This document shows, in pieces, positions 18,789 through 26,066 of a stretch of DNA of 46,791 nt. The DNA is from an uncultured bacterium (GTDB taxonomy: Bacteria; SAR324; NAC60-12), in NCBI GenBank assembly GCA_965662845.1, contig CBFIJD010000022.1, positions 3,400 to 50,190 on the forward strand, read 5' to 3'. Below the pieces are notes generated by a model. It was not told the origin of the DNA. It searched no databases and saw only the letters and a list, made by a program, of their open reading frames with translations. Within the stretch, counting starts at the first letter, position 1. The number at the start of each line of letters is the position of its first letter. The translations under genes and the position numbers were made by a program.

Positions 18789-20285
18789 ATGGAAGACGCG
18801 CTTCAAGCCCAAATCGACCGCAAAAACAAAGAGCTCGAGATCGTGCAACGTGTCTCGATGGCGCTCAATTCCCACACCGACGTCCCCAGCATCGCCAAGC
18901 AGATGCTCGGAATGATGGCGCACTACTTTGCTTTTGAGCACAGTATGTTGCTGGTGTTGCAAGCCAACGCCACACACCTCGAAGTGATCGCCACGCACGG
19001 CTACGCGACCGAGAACGTGGGCAAAACGGTGAAAGTCGGGCTCGGAGTAGTCGGCATGGTCGCCAAGAAGAAGAAGCTAATGCGCATGGCCAACCTCGGC
19101 ACCCAGCGCAAATACATGCAGGCCGTCCGTAACAACATGATGACCGGCTCGGTAGAGGGCGAGGCGCAGAGCGAAGAGATCGCCGGGCTACCCGACGTTG
19201 AGAGCCAAGTGGCGATCCCCTTGATGGTCGAAGAGCGTTTGATGGGCGTGCTCTCCGTCGAGAGCCCGAAAGTGAACGTGTACAACCCTGCAGACGAGAA
19301 GATCATCAGCATCCTCGCTAGCTTAGGAGCCTTAGCGCTACAAAATGCCTACTACTTAGAGAAAGAGCGCCGCGAAGCCGAGCGGAACCTCGCGCTGACG
19401 CACACCTTCGAGAAGTTTGTGCCCCGCGAGTTCCTCAACCGGATCGCCACAGGAGGAGTCGAACACATCCGCTTGGGGAGCACGCACTCCGACACCATCA
19501 CCATGTTGTTCTCCGACATTCGCTCGTTCACCACGCTCTCCGAGACCATGACGCCTTCACAGTTAGTTGCTTTCTTGAACAACTATTTGGCGCTCATGAA
19601 CGAGTCGATCCACCTGAACCGAGGCTTTGTAGACAAGTTCATTGGAGACGCCATCATGGCCTTGTATGACCTGCCCGATAGCAGCGACGCCGAGGAAGCG
19701 ACCGGAGCGCTGCGCTCCGCAATCGGGATGCAGCAGAGCTTGATGCGCTACAACCAAGAGCGAGTCGCGGCGGGCTACGCTCCCGTCCTCACGGGCATTG
19801 GCATTCACAGCGGCGAAGTGATCATTGGAACAGTCGGCTCCGAGCAGCGCATGGACTCCACCGTCCTTGGGGACGCCGTGAACCTCGCCTCGCGCCTCGA
19901 AGGTTTGACGAAACCCTACGGGGCCAAAGTCCTCGCCTCTGACGCCACACACGGGCTCGTGGCCGAGCAAGCAGAATTTCAGTGGAGAGAGTTAGACCGC
20001 GTAACAGTGAAGGGGAAGACACGCCCGGTCAGGCTCTTTGAGCTGCTGAGCGCCGATCCGCCCGAGCTTCTTGAGCAAAAGCAGGCTACGCTAGCGCTCT
20101 TTGAGGAAGGACGAGCGCAGTATCGTCAGCAGCGGTGGCAGGCGAGTCAACAAGCGTTCGAGGAGTGCCTGCGCCTCTTTCCAGACGATGCGGTTCCGCC
20201 CATTTACTTGGCGCGCATCCGTGAGTTTCAAATCACCCCGCCGCCTGCTGACTGGGATGGCGCTACGTGCATGACGTCCAAGTAA
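18789..20285 (+). CDS. GAF domain + class III adenylate cyclase + TPR-like C-terminus
   Basis: GAF: GLGVVGMVA, SQVAIPL, MGVLSVES. Cyclase: FSDIRSFT, VDKFIGDAIMA, GIGIHSG, DSTVLGDAVNLASRLE, VKGK. Tail: FEEGRAQYRQQRWQASQQAFEECLRLFPDD...DWDG. Confidence 0.93.
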   Translation: MEDALQAQIDRKNKELEIVQRVSMALNSHTDVPSIAKQMLGMMAHYFAFEHSMLLVLQANATHLEVIATHGYATENVGKTVKVGLGVVGMVAKKKKLMRMANLGTQRKYMQAVRNNMMTGSVEGEAQSEEIAGLPDVESQVAIPLMVEERLMGVLSVESPKVNVYNPADEKIISILASLGALALQNAYYLEKERREAERNLALTHTFEKFVPREFLNRIATGGVEHIRLGSTHSDTITMLFSDIRSFTTLSETMTPSQLVAFLNNYLALMNESIHLNRGFVDKFIGDAIMALYDLPDSSDAEEATGALRSAIGMQQSLMRYNQERVAAGYAPVLTGIGIHSGEVIIGTVGSEQRMDSTVLGDAVNLASRLEGLTKPYGAKVLASDATHGLVAEQAEFQWRELDRVTVKGKTRPVRLFELLSADPPELLEQKQATLALFEEGRAQYRQQRWQASQQAFEECLRLFPDDAVPPIYLARIREFQITPPPADWDGATCMTSK

Positions 20286-20286
20286 C

Positions 20287-21429
20287 TCACCCTAGCAGCT
20301 GGCTCTCCGCGAGACGCTGCACCGCCTCTGCCAGCACCTTGGGAGCGTTGGCGTAGCTGAAGCGCAAGAAGCCCTCTCCGCTGGGGCCAAAGTCACTCCC
20401 TGGCGTGAGCGCGACGCCGGTCTGCTCCAAGATCTCCAGCGCCATCTCAAGCGCTGGGCGCTGCGCTGCGTATCGATAGAAGACGTAGAACGCGCCCTGC
20501 GGATCATACTGTGGGTCGAGCCCGTGCGCTCGCATGGTCTGCAGCAAAAACGCTCGCCGCTGCCGAAATTCCTGCTGATTACGTTCTAACGCCCCACTGT
20601 CATCTTGTAGCACTGCCAGCGCCACTTGTTGCATCAGCGTGTTCGCCGAGATCATCAAGTTCTGGTGTAACCTGACAGCGGCAGGCATCCACTCTTCCGG
20701 CAAAATCAAGTAGCCAATCCGCCATCCGGTCATGCCGTATGACTTAGAGAAGCCGTTCATCACGGCGGCGTTCTCTGTCACTTGCCGCACAGAAACAGGC
20801 TCTCCCACATGCGTCAGCTCCAAGTAAATCTCGTCCGAGAGGATGGGGAGCCCCAGCGCGGCGATTGCCTGCAACGTCTCGCGGTCAAGGACCGTTCCCG
20901 TCGGGTTCATAGGCGAGTTGAGCAGGATAGCGCGAGTGTTCGGCGTGAGGTGCCGTTGCAGCTCTTGTGGGTGGAGACGAAAATTCTCCTCGCGGCGAAT
21001 GGGCACACGGACAGGGTTGGCTCCCGCCATGCGGATCAAGTTGTCATAACAGGCGTAGGCAGGATCGGTGATCAAGACATCCGAACCCGCCGGCGCGAGC
21101 AGGTGTAACCCTAACCACAGCAACGGTGACGTCCCGTTGGAGACCAGCACCTGCTCTGGCGTGGTCGGAGTGCCGTAAAACTCCGTGTGACGCTCGGCGA
21201 TGGCTGCGCGTAGCGGAGCAAGGCCCCGTGTGTCTGTGTAACCGTAACTTTGGCCCCCAGATTGGTGTAGCACGTTCAACGCAGCAGGCGGCGGCGTGAC
21301 GTCTGGTTCCCCAAACTCAAGGTGGAGGATCTCACGCCCTTGACGCTCAAGTTCTTGTGCTCTGGCGAAGACTTCCATCGCCAAGAAGTTGCTGATCTGG
21401 TGGAGGTGCTGCGGGGCCGTCGGAGACAT
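20287..21429 (-). CDS. PLP-dependent aminotransferase class I/II (aspartate aminotransferase-like)
   Basis: GEPD, YTDTRGLAPLR, NSPMNPTG, SDEIY, GFSKSYGMTGWRIGY, FLRFSYA. Confidence 0.93.
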   Translation of the reverse strand: MSPTAPQHLHQISNFLAMEVFARAQELERQGREILHLEFGEPDVTPPPAALNVLHQSGGQSYGYTDTRGLAPLRAAIAERHTEFYGTPTTPEQVLVSNGTSPLLWLGLHLLAPAGSDVLITDPAYACYDNLIRMAGANPVRVPIRREENFRLHPQELQRHLTPNTRAILLNSPMNPTGTVLDRETLQAIAALGLPILSDEIYLELTHVGEPVSVRQVTENAAVMNGFSKSYGMTGWRIGYLILPEEWMPAAVRLHQNLMISANTLMQQVALAVLQDDSGALERNQQEFRQRRAFLLQTMRAHGLDPQYDPQGAFYVFYRYAAQRPALEMALEILEQTGVALTPGSDFGPSGEGFLRFSYANAPKVLAEAVQRLAESQLLG

Positions 21430-21472
21430 TTTGTTCTCGCGAGAGGAGGGAGGTTGAGGTGCGCGGAGGGTG

Positions 21473-22165
21473 TTACAGGGCGTCTAGGATCGTGTCCACC
21501 ACGCGGCAGGACTTCTCAGCGGCTTGCTTCAGGAAAGCGGGGAAGTCGTCAATGCTCTCTTCGCCCGCGAGGTCACTCAAGCTGCGTACGATCAGGCAGG
21601 GCTTGCCGAACTGTTCAGCCACTTGGGCGACCGCGCCGCCTTCCATCTCAATCGCCTGCGCCTCAAATTTGGTGAAGAGTTCTTGGCGGGTCTCTTTGCA
21701 GTTGAGGAACACATCGCCTGTCAAAATTCGGCCAAACCGGGCCTTTGGATGTGCAGCTTCAATGCGGGCTCGCAGGTCTCCGCGCAACCGGAAAGGCCGG
21801 TTCTCTTTTGGGCGCCCGACAGGGAAGCTCCCCGCGCGGTGGGCGATCATCTCGCGCTCGACGATGGTTCCGAAATCGTGCTGCAACAGCTCGTCTGCAA
21901 TCACGAGATCTCCAATTTGCAGCTCGGAGTCCAGACCACCCGCGACACCTGAGAAGATTAACAGCTCGCATTGGAACTCGTGCAGCAGCAGCGTGGACGC
22001 GAGCGCCGCGTTGACCTTACCGATGCCGCACTCTACCAGCACCAGCTCATGCTTCGCGTGGGTTCCTCGGTAAAAGTCGCGCCCACCGATCGTCGTGTCT
22101 GGTTGTTCTTGGCGAGAAAAATGGCGCAGCTCTTCTGGAATCGCGCACAGAATGCCGATCTTCAT
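21473..22165 (-). CDS. mtnN: 5'-methylthioadenosine/S-adenosylhomocysteine nucleosidase
   Basis: IGILCAIPEE, CGIGKVNAA, FSGVAGG, TGDVF, IEMEGGAVAQVA, VRSLSDLAG. Confidence 0.93.
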   Translation of the reverse strand: MKIGILCAIPEELRHFSRQEQPDTTIGGRDFYRGTHAKHELVLVECGIGKVNAALASTLLLHEFQCELLIFSGVAGGLDSELQIGDLVIADELLQHDFGTIVEREMIAHRAGSFPVGRPKENRPFRLRGDLRARIEAAHPKARFGRILTGDVFLNCKETRQELFTKFEAQAIEMEGGAVAQVAEQFGKPCLIVRSLSDLAGEESIDDFPAFLKQAAEKSCRVVDTILDAL

Positions 22166-22174
22166 TGGGAAATC

Positions 22175-22327
22175 TCAGAGATATTTTTCGCAGATGCGGG
22201 GAAAATCACGCTTCTCGCACCAGTCGTAAAATCGACCGCTGCCGGTTTGACAAGCGCTCAAGCTGAAGAGGAGGCCGAGCAGCAGAATCCTCTGGCGGAG
22301 GCGGCTGCTCGTGAAGTAAGCGAACAA
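22175..22327 (-). CDS. Putative 50-aa lipoprotein, below the ORF-track cutoff
   Basis: Hand translation from TTG: MFAYFTSSRLRQRILLLGLLFSLSACQTGSGRFYDWCEKRDFPRICEKYL*. Basic N-region, hydrophobic core and LSAC lipobox; fills the gap between two co-oriented genes. Confidence 0.6.
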   Translation of the reverse strand: MFAYFTSSRLRQRILLLGLLFSLSACQTGSGRFYDWCEKRDFPRICEKYL

Positions 22328-22334
22328 GGCAGGC

Positions 22335-22586
22335 TTAGATGTGCGGGGTCGCGAAGGTCATCCAAACAAGACCAACGGCAGACAACAGGGCAAAACCAGC
22401 GAGGAGGCCACCAACGACATTGTCTACGCCATGCGACACGCCGTATTCACCTGCGGCCATTTGTTCGTGCAACATCGCGTCGTGTTGCTCTGCTTTTTCA
22501 ATTTCTTTGGCACGTTCGCGGGCGTCTTCTTCAAACTCTTTTTGCAGGGCTGCAATTTCTTCGGCGGTGGGTTCTTTCATGCTCAT
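22335..22586 (-). CDS. Small hypothetical protein with C-terminal TM helix
   Basis: ATG 22586 follows AAGGAG; acidic coiled N-terminal part and hydrophobic VVGGLLAGFALLSAVGLVW. Confidence 0.7.
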   Translation of the reverse strand: MSMKEPTAEEIAALQKEFEEDARERAKEIEKAEQHDAMLHEQMAAGEYGVSHGVDNVVGGLLAGFALLSAVGLVWMTFATPHI

Positions 22587-22762
22587 CTCCTTGAAATGGG
22601 GGAATAATTTCCAGAAAATACCACAACGTTCCAAAAAGTCTATGCTTCGTGTCACCCGTTGTGAAATTCCAGAAATTGTTTGCGATTTTTACGCCTCTCA
22701 CGCAGTCTGGCGCCGTTTCATCACACTCGCCGCCTTATCGCAACCCCACCCTTGGAGCCGCT

Positions 22763-23497
22763 ATGGAAATCCGCGTGTTGTTGGTGCACTACCCTGTTGT
22801 ACAGCGTTCGATTGAGAGGACTCTGCGAGCTGAACTGCCAGATATCACCGTACAACGCACCGACTCTCCAGAGCAGGCGCTGCACATGATGCAAGACGCA
22901 TCTTTTGATGCCGTTCTGTGTGGCCGCACAATGTGGTCGGATGAACCGCTATGGCGCAACTCTCAAAACTTTCCGCTCAACAGCGCAACGCCGATCATCG
23001 TGATCACCTCTGGAAACGAGACCCAAAGTCTGGATGAGCTGCGCAGGGAAGAGATTCAGCACTTTCTGGTGGATCCGGGACCGATTGAGCTGCGCGACAA
23101 GCTGCGCGAGCTTTGTGATCCGAGCAATCATCGCGTCAGTCCTCGTCTGTCGATTCCCGGTTTGAAGGTCTGGTATCGGCTGCCGGAGTCTTTATTGTTA
23201 GAGGCCAGCCTGCTCAATCTCAGCAACAGCGGCGCTCTGCTAGACATGGCGCCTCATCCTCAGCTCAACCCGCTGCTCTCGCATCACATCCGGATGCACT
23301 TCCCGCAAAGTTACGCCAACTTGAAGGTTGAAGACCTCGTCTGTCGCTGCGTGCGCGTTCGTCCTTTAGAGTGGAGCGCGGAGGGAGTCCCCATGCTCTA
23401 TCAAATCGCGATTCACTTTCTCTCTGTCCCCGATGACGTCTTGCGCGATTTGAACTGGGCCTTGAACAAGGCTTCGGTCGAACTGCACTCTTGGTAG
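22763..23497 (+). CDS. Pseudo-receiver (REC-like) + PilZ domain protein
   Basis: N-terminal REC-like pattern (IRVLLVH..., FDAVLCG, TPIIVITS); C-terminal PilZ motifs RVSPR (RxxxR) and NLSNSG (D/NxSxxG); ATG 22763 follows GGAG. Confidence 0.72.
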   Translation: MEIRVLLVHYPVVQRSIERTLRAELPDITVQRTDSPEQALHMMQDASFDAVLCGRTMWSDEPLWRNSQNFPLNSATPIIVITSGNETQSLDELRREEIQHFLVDPGPIELRDKLRELCDPSNHRVSPRLSIPGLKVWYRLPESLLLEASLLNLSNSGALLDMAPHPQLNPLLSHHIRMHFPQSYANLKVEDLVCRCVRVRPLEWSAEGVPMLYQIAIHFLSVPDDVLRDLNWALNKASVELHSW

Positions 23498-23607
23498 CCT
23501 AGACAGTCCCCCCTGATTTTTGTCTTCCGAAATATTCACGATTGCGGAAAAATCTGTAATTCACGCGAGCGCTCGCGCAACCTTGTGGGCATTCAGAGAG
23601 GAACGAC

Positions 23608-24015
23608 ATGCTATTTGTGCAAACCGGATTTTCACCTGAGAAGGACGCCAAGCAAAAAGGTGAGCAGGAGTTAGAGGAGCGTCCGATACGGTACCTGTGC
23701 GCAAGCTGTCGCAAGCACATTAGCGACGCGAGCCACCTGATGACGATTCAGGGCGACACGCCATATCATTTTTTTGCGAATCCGGAGGGCGTGCTCTTTG
23801 AGATTGTGACGCTGAGTTGGTGTCACAATTTGCGCGACGGTTCCCCCGCCGTGCGTCAAGACACTTGGTTTCCCGGCTACGCATGGACAGTCCAATATTG
23901 CAGCGGGTGCCAAGTGCACATGGGGTGGCGCTATGATGGAGGAGATCGAGAGCCGGCTACCTTCTATGGCATTGTGCGAGACCGGCTGATTGAGGAGGAA
24001 GACGCTAGCGAATGA
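23608..24015 (+). CDS. Bacterial cereblon-like CULT-domain protein
   Basis: CASC and CSGC Zn ligands; FANPEG; TWFPGYAW; MGWRY; FYGI. Confidence 0.92.
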   Translation: MLFVQTGFSPEKDAKQKGEQELEERPIRYLCASCRKHISDASHLMTIQGDTPYHFFANPEGVLFEIVTLSWCHNLRDGSPAVRQDTWFPGYAWTVQYCSGCQVHMGWRYDGGDREPATFYGIVRDRLIEEEDASE

Positions 24016-25204
24016 GCTCGCGCAGGTATTCTTGTTGACGAGGGGTCGGGGTCGCCTGCTGGTTGGCATCTCGCACAGCGTCTCGGTATTCGGGAGAGGC
24101 TTGAAATTCATAATCAAACTTGAGCGGCTTCACCCCTTTTTCGCCCCAATACTGCCCATCTTGCTGCCCTTGACGGGGTTGCTGCCCCAGCTGCTGTCCA
24201 CGACGAGCCAATTGCTGCATTTGTCCTTGCATCTGCTGCATTTGTCCTTGCATCGCTTGAAGCTGCTGCTCGGTTTGACGCACAGAAGGGAGCGCTAGGC
24301 CGGGTCCGCCAGGAGATGCGCCTTGCCCCTCACCTGGGGATTGGCCCGGCTGCCCTTCGCCGGGCTGCTGCATATTTCCGAGCATTTGCTCTGCTTGTTG
24401 TGAGGACTCGGCGGCTTGCGACAACATCTCCTGCATTTGCCCCGTCGGCATTTGGCCGGCTGCGAGCTCTTCGAGCATCTGTTGCATCTGCTCAATCAAG
24501 GCGGAAATTTGTTCCTGGCTCAGCTGCATGGCTTCCCCATTTTGCCCAGACGGAGCGTTCTGCGCTTGTTGTTGTTGGAGACGTTCCAGCTGTTCGCGTA
24601 ACGCGCGCTCTTGTCGCAGAGCTTGGGACAGTTGCTGTTGCATTTGTTGCATCTGACGCATGGTCTCCGCGTACTTCTCGTCATAATACTGCGACGTGCT
24701 CTGCTGGAGCTGTTGCTGCTGTTGTTGGAACGCTGAGAGCAGCTGATCGAGCATTTGCTGAGCTTCTGCGGTGCGATTCTCTTGCAGCATTTGGCGCACT
24801 TGTTCCATCAGGGAAGAGAGCTCCATCTCTTGCGGCGGGGTTTCAGCGGAGGGCGGCTGCGGCAGAAATTCCGCCATGGCTTCTTGCTGTTGCAACAGCT
24901 CCTGCATACGCTGCTCGAACTCTTCGAGCATTTTCAGGACTTCATCGAGGGCCTCTGGGTTGTCTTCAAGATGCGAGAGCCACTGATCTAGCTGCTGAAA
25001 GTCGGCATAAATGTCATCCGCCTGCTGAAGCTTGTCTGCCATTTCTTGTTGTTCCAGCAGCTCTTTGAGGCGAAAGCGCATGCTGCGCATGGTGTCATAC
25101 TCTTCTTCAAACAGCGCGAGTTGCGCCGGTGGCAACGGCTTGGCTACCGCGACGGTCGTCGGCAGAAGAACCGCCAGCAAGGCTAGAGAAAACCACGATT
25201 TCAT
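24005..25204 (-). CDS. Secreted Gln-rich coiled-coil protein (DUF4175-like C-terminus)
   Basis: Signal peptide MKSWFSLALLAVLLPTTVAVA; long Q/M/E-rich helices; ends YRDAVRDA...QEYLRELIR. Confidence 0.7.
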   Translation of the reverse strand: MKSWFSLALLAVLLPTTVAVAKPLPPAQLALFEEEYDTMRSMRFRLKELLEQQEMADKLQQADDIYADFQQLDQWLSHLEDNPEALDEVLKMLEEFEQRMQELLQQQEAMAEFLPQPPSAETPPQEMELSSLMEQVRQMLQENRTAEAQQMLDQLLSAFQQQQQQLQQSTSQYYDEKYAETMRQMQQMQQQLSQALRQERALREQLERLQQQQAQNAPSGQNGEAMQLSQEQISALIEQMQQMLEELAAGQMPTGQMQEMLSQAAESSQQAEQMLGNMQQPGEGQPGQSPGEGQGASPGGPGLALPSVRQTEQQLQAMQGQMQQMQGQMQQLARRGQQLGQQPRQGQQDGQYWGEKGVKPLKFDYEFQASPEYRDAVRDANQQATPTPRQQEYLRELIR

Positions 25205-25293
25205 ATTAATCTCCGGATGAGAGGCAGAAGGATTTGGCATTGTGTCAGATCCCGGTTCCTAAACACAATGAATCAAACGCGAATGAGGGCCTG

Positions 25294-25515
25294 ATGATAA
25301 CTTGGTTTATTGTTCTAGCTGTCACAGGGACAGCGGTCATTATGTTTCGTCAAAAGCGCGTTGAGAGCGACCGCTTAGAGATCCCTTCTAACTCGGTGAT
25401 GCTCTTTCATCCAACCAAGGGCGAGGGCGACCTGATGATTGGCGGCGTCATTATTCTGTATTCGTTTTCCCGTTTCATCCTAGATTTGTTTCAAGTTGTA
25501 CGACAAGTTTTCTGA
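25294..25515 (+). CDS. Small two-TM hypothetical protein
   Basis: MITWFIVLAVTGTAVIMF...LMIGGVIILYSF; follows GAGGG. Confidence 0.6.
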   Translation: MITWFIVLAVTGTAVIMFRQKRVESDRLEIPSNSVMLFHPTKGEGDLMIGGVIILYSFSRFILDLFQVVRQVF

Positions 25516-26038
25516 GACCGCACAGCGCCTGCCTTGGCGAGAAGCGCTGCAATGGTTTGACACTCCACAAAAGCGCTGGGGAAGTGCGCTCGCAACGACG
25601 CTGTTGCTGCTGACGCTCTTCCCGCTGATCGACTTGATCAGCCTGCTTGTCGTCGCGGGCTCCCTCGCCGGAGTCCTCGCGCTTTGGAAGCCATGGAATC
25701 GCCGCAGGCGGCAACCGGCCTATGCCTCCTCCAAAGTCGTCGACTTACAGACCTATCGCCAAAAGCGCACCCAGCCAGCAGAAGAGCCTGAGACATTGGG
25801 GATGCAAGTGGTGTTAGAGACGACCTTTGTTCCGCAAGCAGACCTGATCTGTGCCTTGTTCGAGAGCCGAGGCATCGCGGCGCGCGTTCTCAATCGTCAC
25901 AACGCCAGCATCTTAGTCCACCCGCTGGGCAGCCTCAGCGTCCAAGTCGTGGTCCCCGCTGCTGACGTCAACCGCGCCCTGCGCCTGATTGAACAAGAAG
26001 CCCGCCACCCATCACCCGACGGCCCTGATATCGCCTGA
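25496..26038 (+). CDS. Membrane protein with C-terminal DUF2007 (putative signal-transducing) domain
   Basis: TM hairpin, then QADLICALFESRGIAARV...VQVVVPAADVNRALRLIE, typical of DUF2007; TTG start uncertain. Confidence 0.65.
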   Translation: MYDKFSETAQRLPWREALQWFDTPQKRWGSALATTLLLLTLFPLIDLISLLVVAGSLAGVLALWKPWNRRRRQPAYASSKVVDLQTYRQKRTQPAEEPETLGMQVVLETTFVPQADLICALFESRGIAARVLNRHNASILVHPLGSLSVQVVVPAADVNRALRLIEQEARHPSPDGPDIA

Positions 26039-26066
26039 CTTCCCCTCCAACTCCTCAAATACTGTC

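Noticed and set aside
22166..22334. Possible SAH/SAM riboswitch upstream of mtnN (hairpin CGAGCAGC...GCTGCTCG, 22276-22311)
   Set aside because: The SAH and SAM consensus cores are not present; the region is better explained by a small lipoprotein ORF.
24200..24780. CAG/CAA-rich repeats in the Gln-rich gene as a DNA repeat element
   Set aside because: They are explained by low-complexity poly-Gln and QMQ coding.
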